Shown piece by piece: positions 28,654 through 41,700 of a stretch of 64,000 nt of DNA. The translations under genes were made by a program, and so were the position numbers. Position 1 is the first letter of the stretch. Each line of letters opens with the position of its first letter. The notes under the pieces are model-generated. The model did no database searches, was not told the origin of the DNA, and saw nothing but the letters and a program-made list of their open reading frames with translations. The DNA is from Balanoglossus misakiensis. Its lineage: Eukaryota > Animalia > Hemichordata. The stretch lies in NCBI GenBank assembly GCA_040954595.2, contig CM082578.2:13360304-13424303 (forward strand). The letters run 5' to 3'.

Positions 28654-28772
28654 AACTAGATTGCACAATGTGACGGAGAACATCAAAACAGAGCGAAATT
28701 ACATTGCACAGCTTGATGACATCAAAATTGACACAAACTAGATTGCAACGCGTGAGGACATCAAGCATGATG
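28654..28772. repeat. Degenerate minisatellite, three ~40-bp units
   Basis: aactagattgcacaatgtgacggagaacatcaaaac / aaattacattgcacagcttgatgacatcaaaat / aaactagattgcaacgcgtgaggacatcaagc. Confidence 0.7.
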
Positions 28773-29110
28773 CCTTGAGAGAAGTTAGGAGAACGATTAG
28801 ATATTCCGAAGAGAAGCCTGATTTTTCGAATAAAATGTCACAGGCCAAATGTGAAGAATTTTCCATTGTGCTGGGGAAATACATCTAACACTTGAGCCAT
28901 TGTCATGATAAGGCCCAGTCCTCATCTCGTCTTTTCTCGCCTTAGAAAGTCATAATCACTCCTAGTAAAACTACAGAGCAATGTTTTAATTAACTGAATT
29001 ACCCACTAAAATGCTAATTTGTCTATCTGTATCTCATATAAAATAATGAAAGTTTTTGATGCTTTTGCTTAGATTACGTCATCGAATTAAGGTTGCTTTT
29101 AATATTTGCA

Positions 29111-29168
29111 ATGGCACTTCTTTTGAAATAGTGATTCACATGGCACTTCTTTTGAAATAGTGATTCAC
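29111..29168. repeat. Perfect 2 x 29-bp tandem duplication
   Basis: atggcacttcttttgaaatagtgattcac occurs twice, back to back. Confidence 0.95.
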
Positions 29169-32100
29169 TGACTGCGAAAACACATTCAGTCACAGGAAAA
29201 TTCAAGATGGCCACCTAGAAACATTAATCACTGTGAAAACTCCAGACCTACTAATTAAATGTTGTCCCTGTTTTACAGCATGGATGTCGCTTCGCTTCAA
29301 AAAAGTTCCACTCGGAAGCTTTTGCACTTAAAACTTTGTAAAAAACCTGACAATATACGTAACTTATGTTTGAGAGTATGAAAGCCTCCTTTCCAGTTGC
29401 ATGTATCATCTAATCCGCCTAGTTTGTTTATAGGCAACAACTAGAGTTTGCATGATGGCAATTTACGAACCATGGTTTTATTGGTCTTTTGACACAATGG
29501 TTTTTGATCCAAGATCATTTATGTACATGCTTTTTTCTAAGGTTCTCTACACACAAGAATAGTTCTTTGTATTAAGTGATAATTGATTTTTTTTTCGTGC
29601 AAGAGAAAAGCTGTTGGTGATTTACGGTTCATTTTATAGAATCACGGATGGATGACACTGTTCAAAGATGAGTAAGTGATACATAATTAATTTCGTGGAC
29701 TAAAATGCTGGTGGTCTACAAAAATCACGAAAGAATATTTCTCCGGTGGTGATCTAATAAAGTATTGTTAGCCTTGATTTGAATTCGATGAGCCAGAGAA
29801 GTCACCACACGGCATCCTTTGGCAGGCCTTCCGCAGGTAATGGAGCTGAGATGGTTGTAACACTTGAACAGTATAACAGTAATCACGGGATCAAAAACAC
29901 AACACACCTGATGAGTAAGAGACCGAGAACTAGTCACACTTTTTTGCGAATTAATGCATATAAAATATGCATGTGCATTATGTCTGCATTTCAAAGTGAT
30001 GTTTTTATTTATGTTTTTAATGGCCAGAAGTTTCAGTATTTGATATCGGCTGACAAAAAAAAGATATAAAACTCTACTTTTACGATCCAGTCCATGTCGC
30101 TTGCCCTTCAACAACGGAAATCTGTATAAGCTTGTGTTTTATACAGAGATAAACGCTGTCATTACGCAAAGCTTAGCTCTTGAGCCTGAACAGGTTGTGT
30201 AGTGAAATGGGTTATATTCACATTCTCCTCATCACTTCTCGCTCGTTTAGTTAGGAGAGGACGTTATCAAGGGTTTATCTCCCTGCTTGCAAGACCTCTG
30301 TATCTGCCAAGGGGACATCAGTTTAAGTGCATAGCGAGGACAAATCAAATTAGTGTTCTAAATCTTTGCAGTGCTTTTTTCTCATTCACTTTCATTAAAC
30401 GGCATTGGTTTAAACCCACATATTGATGAAAATTAAAATATTCTATTGCATTCTAAATGGGGTAACTATACCTGCAGAAGAAAAGCCAGATAAAGTCAGC
30501 TTGGCCATTACATTACGACAGGAAATTTATTACTCATCAGAAAATAAAATCATTCTCTACACATCGCTCCCGCAATCTAATGGCTGTTTTAAAGTATAAA
30601 GTATTCATTGAATCTGCCTGTATCCAAGGAAGAGGCTTTGCCTTGCAATTAAATAGGAGGAAACGGTTTTTAGCCCCTGAAGTTGATTGTTGTTCATGAG
30701 ATGACAACCATACCCATACCCTTATCAGCATCTTTTATCACGCCCAAGCCGGATTATGTTAGAAATGTTAACTTTTATGGCCGGCTTTCCTGACATATAA
30801 CTTTGCCTTGAAATCAATCACGACAGCCTTCACAGACACAATGGGCAAGAGACAGCTATTGGTCGCTATGCACTTTGGAGACAGTTCAATCCTTGTCGTG
30901 CTCAGAACCCTGTTGGCTCAATTCCCATGAGAAAATTGCAAGCATCCTTCGCTTCGATTTTCTTCAACATCAGACGGAATTACCCGCTGGAGGAAGAATG
31001 CTTTGAATTTTCAATTGCTGTACTATTACTTGTCTAGACAATGTAAAACATTTATGGGTTACTCTTGATAATTTCAATTACAATTTTATTTATTAAATTA
31101 ATATCATATTCTTGTCCTTCAGGAAGAAAGAAATGGTAAAATCGACTATTCACTCTTCTGTTTAAACTGGCACATTGTGCCATTCCCTGTGTAATTAAAA
31201 CCAAGTCAATTAAGGTTTAATACAATCGGTAATCACCGGTAGTTGGCAAAGGCCATCAAATGTTATTAAAGTTTAACTCGCAGCTGTAATTGATATTACT
31301 CCAATGACATGGGTGCATAAAAAATATTCATCATGACTCCTCAGGTGACACAATGCTTTTCATGGCTATTGGTGATGATTATGTCACTGAATCACAGGCT
31401 TTCAAGACAGCTGGAAATACTGTTTGATTGCCATAGTCCTTAAGTCAGTCTGTTGTAACTGGTATGGTGTTTTGGGAAACCACATTTCCACATTTAAACA
31501 CCTGGGTATGATCGTGATTGGTCGCATGATTACTGTTGGAGTTCGAAGGCCTGCAGACTCAAAAGTGATGTATTGCAGTTCGTCCTGCCTCTATAATCAA
31601 TTGAATCACAATGATGTGTGTAACGATGAGAACTATTATGTTAATGCAAAGAATGCCTGGATGGTGCTTGCGGCGAATTGACGCTAAGGCAGTTGAAAGA
31701 TGGATACCAGTAAGCATATGCAAATTGGCAGAGTATGGGGTCTCCACAGTGCGTGCATAACAATTGCCTTAACCTACATACACACAACATTAGATCACTG
31801 CTAAGGCATGAAATTTTAGTTTTAAATACACCAAATTTTTTTTATGCTACACTTTCAATATCCTTGACATCACCCCAATGTCTCCAGACTGCGAGTACCA
31901 TCAACGTTCTATGATCTGCAGGGGGGTTCTTAACACATGCTGAACCAAACCGTTTACACAAATGGCATTTATCTCATGTTATCATTTGCAAAGCATATTC
32001 AGCACGTAAAAGACCAACAGTGTTATGTCATGTTTGAGGACTAATTGGGGTCAAAATGTCATTTTTCAGCGTCATTTTGTATTAATTGTATGCTCCCTCC

Positions 32101-35100
32101 AAATATTTGCACCACAGTTAACATTTTATGACGGTCGCTAAATTCCAGGTGGTAAAATTGAGTTTTTCAGATTTAAATTCACTTTTTCTATGACTTTTAT
32201 GTGTGTACTTTAAGTGTAAGCATGCACGTCGCCCACAAATTTATCTCCAGGGTAAAACGTATTCAGAAGATGCATTGAGAAACGAGAATTCGTCTTAGAC
32301 TGTGTGAATATATAGTTATGCTGACATACCAGTTATAAGTTGCTAAAAGATTGACATAGACTGAAGATGAATGATTATGGAAGAGAAATTGACCTATTCC
32401 AATGATCCCACAAGGAACTGACCTATCGCTTCGGTGAGGAATTGACCTCTTTCAATTCGACGATTCTATCAATATTAGAATTTATTTTCGGTGAAAGGTT
32501 ATGTAGCACTTAATGACAACGCTTTAAGTGCTATTAGAAACGTTTCAGGTTTACAGAATACTCAACTCTCTCAGTCGTCCTAGGTTGTCTAATTGTAACA
32601 CAATTGATGGGGGTCGTGTCATTCTGACTGAGTATGTCATCGGACAAAATGGCTTTGTTGTTGGAAACTGTAGACACTGTAACATCTAAAGACCCAATAA
32701 GGACGAAAACATGATATCAAAATTCGAATGTTTGATTTGTGCCGTTATTCTCAGACAGTAGGAATTAACATACGTATAGTTAATGGCACAGTTGATATTT
32801 CTTCACGCATATAGTTTGGTCAGTGTTAGTGAATTCGTAGATATCACAAACGAAATTTAAAAAACCCAGACCATTACCGATAAACCAGCATATTCCATCA
32901 CTGCCCTGAATCTGAATACATGCAATGTGTAGGCAATGTTACTTTCAGCAACCAAAGCTCTATCCATATCCCATCCTATCATTACATTCACACAGCTCAC
33001 AATCACTGCAATTCTTTGGTTCCCATGACAATAGCTCCACATTTCCTAATCTATTATAAATCTATGGTTGCAGACTACCTAATCAAGATGGCAGCATAAA
33101 TGAGATTTATAAAATTTGTACAAAAATTCCTAAAGGGAAACTATATCTGTATGGGGTTTGTGGACTATTGCTTAGATTAGTTGATTACAATCCTGGTTCC
33201 GGATGATTGGTGAATCCTGGTCCTAATTGCATATACATATTAAGCATCAGCTGGTCTTGTGCATGTGTACTGAACGTCACGGGTCAAGTAATATTTCCTT
33301 TCATATTGCATGGTGAATTTTCATTCAATTGCTGTTGATTTCTGAAGACTAGGAGTGCGGGGGTCACACACTATCCACCTCCCTTCTAGTGTTGGGAGTG
33401 GATTGGAGGAGAATCAAGTCGATGTCAAATTACATATACATGATATACATTTATGCTGTACTTTAAAGATCCACTCTACTGGCCCTTACATCGTCAAACA
33501 CACTGTAATGTTCTGGGCTTATTGATGCACTAACATGCAATTGCGTATTAATAATTATGAATTGGGCTTCAATTACAGCCATGTCCATGAATGTTTCAAG
33601 CACAGATGACGTTGGTAACTTTAGCTACCGGGAACCCGATCTCCAAACGTCGGTCGCAATTACACATTTGACTCGCGAAAATATAGGGGCATCATGTTTT
33701 TCAAGGAGAACGCTTGAGAAGTAGATGGGTAATTCCACCTGATATTCGATATGCACCTAGAATTTCCTAACCATGGTAGGTTAAATTTATGGCCTTACGA
33801 CCTGAAGCAACACATCAACGACTTCTGTTATGTACAATTTACTCGCCATGCATGCACACTAGCGCACTGATTAACCGACGGTCATTAGTATTCCCCTCAG
33901 TTCTGCACTGCCGGTTTATTACCTGTGTCTATCATGTGCGTGACAACGGCTCTCATGGGAACCGTTTTAATGTGAATGCCACCCAGAGGCATTTTTCGCA
34001 GCAGTTAAAATTGTAATGAGTTCATCTACATTTATGTTCTTAATAACGCTGTGGTGAATCAAAAGTTGTGCTGGCACTAGCAATGGGCGCACATCAAAGA
34101 CTTCGTTAACTTATGTGATGCGGCTAATTTCAAGTTTTGTGTGATTAAATTCCTTTGAACTCTCCACTTAATGGCTACCAATGATTGGTCAGTAACACAA
34201 TTGATTTTTTTACAGATTATTAATGCACCAATATCATACAGAGTTTTGTGGGTGACTAAAGACACTGTATTACCAAAATGATAACCAGATATGAACTGAA
34301 TATGATTTGAGAATACCTTGTACAAACTACTAGTTGTCTCTACCAATGTAGAAAACTGGTAGGGCTTGCTAGAAATCTTATCTCCATACCTAGCAATAGA
34401 AAACAACAATCCTTAAATTTTGAAGCTGTAGTTCCAAAATCAAGCAAAACAAATAAAGAGCAAATGTAAAATGTTGTTGATAATGGCTAGGTCGATCATC
34501 TTGAGTGACAGCAATTACTGGAACAGCATGTGTCAATTATAACATCTGGCATCTGACGGACGACACTAACGTCGTTTCCAGGGTGAAATGCATGCTTGTC
34601 TTGCTTCATATTCCCGCAAGCAATGGACAACTAGCACGAAGAACATTGCTGTTGTTCCCTGAATATCGTCAGCTTTGCTGTCCTTTTAAAATATAAGAGT
34701 TTTCAATTTGGATAAGAACCATACAGAAACACTGAATTATTCATTTTTGGATAGAAATGAGAACATTCCCGTACCATTAGTTCCATATGACTACATACAT
34801 GTAGAATTTCTGAAGTTTAATCTATATAACATTATCTCTTCATCTATAGCCTGAATACCTATCTGAACACACTGTGCTTGTCGTATCCACGCGAACTGCA
34901 AGATCGATATATCTGTCAGTATATATGGATTTTATGATGTTGTTGACATACTCCAATGACAGAGACTGTGACAGCGTTAACAGTGTTTCCTCCGTTTCCA
35001 AGCAAGCATAGATACCCGGTATGTCTAACTTGAGAGACAGAACTGATGATGCATTGGTGGAGTGTATTGCCACATATCGATGTTTTGACTTTCATTAAAA

Positions 35101-35606
35101 ACGTATCACGTATTTCAATGTGACTCCTCGGTGATGGTTACAACATTACACCTGCGAATTTCACTTCATTTTACATCATACAGAGACTAGCCCCTGAAAG
35201 CTAATCTCGTGCTCAGACTCAGATGTACACTACGTGCTGAATAAGTATTGCCTTGGGCTATGTACTGTACATGTATATGTTGACCAGCCGTACGTCAATG
35301 AACTGGCCCTAAAGGCACAACATGTCCATCCATTCTACATATAAGATGCTTTGTTTTTTTCTCTAGGGCTGGAAAAAGCGATCACATTTGACTGATATTG
35401 CAGTTCATAATTATCAGGTATCAGTTAGGGCCATCAAATTACACCACCATTTTAGCTATACCGGTATATAGGTACTATGCCGACTGTAAATACTCATAAC
35501 TTTCCTATTTATTTGTCCACGCTCTTTAAATGTGAAGTAAACCGTATCAAAATTTCAAAGTAGTAGGCTTTTATGACAACATAAGTTAAACAAACAGAAT
35601 GTGTTC

Positions 35607-35707
35607 TGTTATTTTGTGAGTGCATGACCATATGGCAAATTGCATGTTTGTCATAATATGACAAATACCGGTGTGCAATTTGCCATATGGTCACTCACAA
35701 AATGACA
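35607..35707. repeat. ~100-bp near-perfect inverted repeat (hairpin) with a very short loop
   Basis: attttgtgag(tgca)tgaccatatggcaaattgcatgtttgtcat-aat-atgacaaata(ccggtg)tgcaatttgccatatggtcactcacaaaat: 20 consecutive perfectly paired bases plus flanking paired blocks. Confidence 0.92.
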
Positions 35708-38700
35708 TGATGTTTGGTCAGTAACTATAAGTGAATGAAGTAAATGACCCATTTGTAAAAAAAATGATAATGTGCAGCTGAAATCTCAATTTACAAGTAT
35801 ATATGGCTTTGGATTGTTTTTGGCTAGGACTTGACAATTCCCATGGTCGTAGAGGCATCTCAACCATGTGCATACAGAAATGCAAGAAGCATATACATAC
35901 TTTAGTACTGTATAGTGAACACATTTATTCTTCCATCTCCAAGTTGTGTTTATATTTATTCACGCTTAGTCTACTTCTTTACAAACATGTACATGTAATC
36001 ACGGAAGTAGCCTCGTATCTTATTCGGGCTATAGTAGTTTTTAATTTTTATACTTCTGATAACAAAATCTATACAGTAGTAATTGTTCGTAATGTTGACG
36101 TGTCCATGCTATGGCATACCTTGATGACTGAGGCTATTTGGACAGTAAAGGTTGTCAGATGGCTACGAACTGTGCGTTGCAGTAAAAGCAAGTGTAGAAA
36201 AGACCGCCGAATGCCTCTGTGTATTGTATTGATTTTTCATCCTATCATTTCATCAGTCTGACGAAACAGCTGTTCCCTTGATTTCTACCCGATGCTATAA
36301 TACACAAGCAATTTGATTGATGACATCATTAAATTACATGTATGACTTGGTAGCATTCTTCACTTTTCCTTCCTTAATGACTCAAATTCGTCTTTGAATC
36401 AAACGAAGATATTCATGATAAACATCAGGGCCAGATTAACCTGTGAACATCTCAACATCAATTGTCATGTTAGCATTCTGGGTTTTCTATGCTGACGATT
36501 CCTTTTGTTTTTTTCCATTGTTGTTGACAATGAATGAATGAATGAATGAAAGTTTTACTTTGTTTGTTGTATGAACCAGGTATGTTGCATAATTTTCTGC
36601 AAGTATTATTTTCATGACCGGAAACATGCAGAGTATTGTGCTTGCACCTGCTACTGAGTTGGGTCAAACGTTCATTCATCTTCAACGGAGAGCAGGCTGA
36701 ACATCCCATACTGTTTCTGCTTGTGATTAAAATAACCGGGTATCATTCAAGATTCTGTTGTAGGCAGGTTTGGGCATTCAAATATCATCACCTGAGGGTC
36801 ACCATGCGCTGCTCCAGTGAAATCAAACGAGCTACTCAGTTTTGTCAGAATCTCACGATCGAGTTGCAGCAGACGAAATTTTGATTCAACAAAAATGAAG
36901 CTGTGCGCATTGTGACGAGAAAGGGTCATCTAGTTTAAAGACTTTAATGATTGTAGTGTTTATATTTCATTGAACGGGAAAATCTCTTAGCCTACAAATA
37001 CGCTGTAACTGCATATTTTATTCATCGCAAATGTGCAATGTGTAACATGCACATTACATACTATTATTGCACTTTGTTGTTGATGTGAAATGGTAAACAA
37101 AACATAGTCCTAATTACCAAATATACCATGTGAAGTCAGAGAAGTACCGGTAATATTACGTTTCAACGAATATTACACTTTTTTTTAAAGTATCGGGCAA
37201 TATATTGATAATGAGAATATCACTCAATATAATCTTCTCATTGGGTCGTATAGCCATTCGACCAGCATGATGGATCCAACAACCACACTTATGGCAATAC
37301 AAACCCAGCTCATATTGACATTTCTGACGGCTTTTCGTAACAATCCAATTAATCGTATTGAAAACCGAATTGGTGTATATAGTGGGCTTGTCACTCTACA
37401 GTGTCCCTGTCAATACATCTTGTGCTCGTCACTGGTATAATTCGATTGTCAGAAAAGCAGACGCTTCTACAAATGGACCATCACAGGAAAGTTACATCAT
37501 ATATCCGCTTTTCCTGTTGGGTTGTTTTCAACTTACTCTACAGTTTGGAAAAATCAGAACACCTTTAATCTATAGAGCTTGATTGACAGGTGAGAACATC
37601 TTTTACACACTGTAACAGTATCTTCAACTATTCAGTCACTTCTTTGATATAAATGTCACAAATACTTTGTAAGATCCAGAGTCAAACCAATGTTTACAAA
37701 CTAAAAATAGTTCCATTTTGCATATATGCTAAAGCTTGAATGTTATAGCTGGAAGTTTGTTGAGATGTGACTATTGTATCTTATCTGCATGTCACAAGTG
37801 TCTTTTTCCAGCAACAGCGATGTATTCTGTGGCAGTAAACACAATAGTTCGATATGACACATGAATTGTAATTATAGCCTTCAATTTCCTGGTAAATTAG
37901 CAGCATTTCTTGAACATCATTAGGCTCAAAGAAATGTCCCTTTTCGGTGATATTCACACGTTGCCAGCTCGTACATCCTAATGACAGTCCTACAAATGTA
38001 GAGCCCTTTATCCGCAGAAACCAGTGACAGGGTATCAGATAACACCAGATTAAATATGCACGCAAGCAATCTCAATCTCGCCTTACTTGGACGGCAAGTA
38101 AACAAGAAATGGGGCCCTATTCACCTCGCCGTCATATTACTCGTCGGTGACAGGAGAAAGATCTGTGCGCCTGTACATGATGACAATGACGCAAGAATGC
38201 TTGAATCAATGTGAGCGATTTCCATTTATCGTGTTCCTTTCTAACCATGAGCGTCCATTAACGGGGAAAAGTGATACACGGACTTTGGCTCATTCGGCAG
38301 CATCCGAGTAAAGCATATGAAAAATTAGTCATTACCTCGGACAAAGAGGTGCAATTATAGCCCATTCGTGCAACTCACGACAACCCAAGAGAGGAGTTAA
38401 TGGCGACACGGGAATTCATTTTCTTCCATTACAACATGTTATCATGAACCAGTACTCTGAAAATAGACACTTCATGCGCAGGTTTCAAATTTGGAAACAC
38501 TAATTGGTGACTTCGCTGAACTGTTTATCAACGCTAATTAAAGAATCAAATCAAATTCAATGCCTTTTCACGTCACAACGTTTAATAAATGCTATTCGAA
38601 ATAAGAAAAACAAGAAACCACACAGTGTTTACTCATTAGGAGAGTGACATAGAATATACATAGTTTGCTTATAAGCAGGGAGGGGAAGATTGACATTTTG

Positions 38701-41700
38701 GAAAACAAACATAATGAATGCAATCAAAGATGATGACATTGTCGACTGTACTGTTTCCATTTGAAGTAATGTAACCCTTTGCAAGAAAGTACAAAACAGA
38801 TCTTGCAGTCTGTTGCAGAAAACAATCCCACACCATTGGAAAAATCAACAAGCCTATATTATCCAGTGACTTAATGCATAGCTGTGGTGCACTTGTGTAA
38901 ACTTTGACTTTGACTCCCATCTGAACTAAAAGTTCACTATTACAAAAGCAAAATTACCATACTCCCGATGAATAACTTGAACTGTAAGCACTTCTTTTCT
39001 GACACAAGTATCTCCGAATCTCGCTAAGCTGCCACCCAGATAAGTATGCAAATGTATCAAAGGCGTGACGTGTTCTTCGCAGAATGGGGATAAATTTAGA
39101 CAAAACTTATTAACCTTGCAAGGTACAATGCAATGAGACGTGATTCGCAAACGTCATTATTGTGAAGACGAGATCGTATCATCATTGAACTAATAATTTC
39201 TCGCCCGGATATTAATTCAAGTAGAAGTCCTAATTGCCTTTCTATTTTGTTTGAACGAAGAAACCTAAATCAAGATTAGCGTAAGTGTCTTGTCGCTAAT
39301 AAACTGGTCGAGGTCTTAGTCTTGTCGCTTGTTGCTTCCATAAATAACATTTATGAGTGGTTCGAGTGAATTGAATTGAATTAAAGGGGTAGAGACTTGA
39401 ACTATGTAGTAGGGGGGTCTCATATTGCCATCAAAGCCCTTAGATAATAGTTATTTTAGAACAGTTTTTACGTACCATTGGGGTCGAGAACGTCTTCTCT
39501 ATGGGAATGTTATTTGAAGATTTTGAGTGCTCAAGATCAATGCATATGGTGTTGGAATCAAATGGAATTTTACACTAACAATTCTACTTGTGTGCAAAGA
39601 CACCAAGATCATGTGCCACCCAACTATTGCAAGTAATTTCTTGCGAAGCTTGAAGAAATAACGTCACATTTTAAAGGTCGATATACACGTAGATTAATTT
39701 TCCATGTTTATATACCATTACCGACTAAAGACATTGCAGATAGCAGAAACCTGCGATTCACGTCAATCTTAATGATCCACCAGCATATGGAAACGGGATC
39801 ATCAATAAACAATATAAATAACATGGCCCCCCAATGACAAGCCTGTCTTCACCCCTCCAGGTAAGACTGAAACCATGAAAGTAGATTACCATGACTAAAT
39901 GCATCGTATATCATTCAATCAATGTGTTCTCTGTAGGGACAGCAGATTGTTCAAAAAACATATTCAGAAATCTTGTCTGCACTGACAGCGCCCTCAATTG
40001 ATGAGCAGGAGTAAAACCACTTCGGCTCATTCCTGTCGCAGAAACGATCAATTCGATTGCCATATTCTTTTATCTACCTTGATGACCAACAGGGCAGTAT
40101 GAATGTTTCACGACGGAGCAGAATCGAAGAAACACGCTACGTGGAAATAGAAACCCATGCAACTTTACCCCTACAAAGAGACAATGACTGTTTTATGTCA
40201 GACAGTTTTGTTTGACGAGAAAAGTTTAGTAGTCGAATTTGTGTGCCACACTGTTTTTACGTTTACAAGCCGAAATGCATCTGACATAAAGATCTTCAGA
40301 GATACCGACTTTGCCTCTGCAATATTAATCAGTCCAAGTTAAATGACTTGGCTGCATGTTACGACTTTAAGTTTTACTTAAAGTTATGGTGTAGAATTTA
40401 ACCAAGATTCGTTTTACTTGTCTACAACACATAGTATCATAGTATCTCCTACTTTATATGCCATCTGTGACCCGTTTGTGCAAGAAAATATATTTAAACA
40501 TTACACCTATTTACTTTGGCTAAATAGAATAACGATTTAAAGTGTCTGTGTACTTTAATTCTTGTCTACAGGTACATGTATAGTTCTCTTGGCAGTCCAT
40601 CCTTTCATATATTCAAATACATCCACAGTGAATAAATAAGTTTCTGTAAGGGCACATGATTATTGATAATCCACTCAGAGAATATCAACTAATTTTCCAC
40701 CAATGTGTTAGAGAACCATACAAATGGTTGACTGTCAACATTTTTCCTGTATGTTAACAGAACTATATGACAACCCAACATGAGTACATGTGTTTCATGA
40801 GGGATGCTTATAAAAATCCTTTCAAAGTACAGCCTCACATGCATGAGATCGCCAAGAGGTGGTTCTGTGTTGTGATTTATCTGCTGAAAGTCAAAGAGGG
40901 TATCTATTTTCATCTGTAAGGTCTCCTTGTGGGAAACCTCAATTACAGCAAAGGATACTTTAACCTGCTTCTGTTTTGGTTTCCGCTGCCGCCTGGCAAA
41001 ACTTGCACTGCCAAGACGCCTATGCCCGTGAGGTCGATACGTGACTTGAATACAATGCGATCCACAAAAGAATAGTAGTGTTCATTTGTGTAATGTCCCA
41101 AATCGCTGCATATAAACATTTACAGGGGACCTCAGATATGTAAAACACACATGAAAAATGACTTATTGCAGTGTATCTGCATAAACCTCAGCAAAGTACA
41201 AAATACTTGTATACAATGTATGTTATGTATCGGTATGTATGTATGGATGTATGAAACTGGCAAAAGCACAGTGAATTTTTCTCTACGATTGATTGACTGG
41301 TCTACTTTATCATGGCACGTCTTGTACCACACACCTGGAAGGTTTGTCTACTACATGGAGAGCAATCAAGTGGAGTGCGAGAGGTTAGCAGAATGTTTAA
41401 GTGCTTAAAAGAAAGATAACCGTTGAATCTAGCGAGCACTTCAAACGCCTAATGGTCAAAATGCCAGCAAATATATCAAAGCAACTTGTTGTGCTACGCT
41501 TGAGTGCCACTAATGGGGAACTGCAAGCCCAAACCCTTATTGTTTTTGACAGATGGTAATTTAATCTGCAAGCAATTAAATTCTGGACGGTATTTAGTTG
41601 TATTATTAGGCTGCGTGCACAAATACTGCATGGGTTGGGGGGATCCAACAGTTACATGTAGTCTGTTCACCAACACGATTTTTGAGCATGGCTATATGTC

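Noticed and set aside
35803-36261. 152-aa ORF, and similar motif-free ORFs at 14660, 29725, 52074, 53546 and 56988
   Set aside because: No domain signature, composition typical of translated AT-rich non-coding DNA, and several start at non-ATG codons. An unrecognised exon or decayed element cannot be fully excluded without a homology search.
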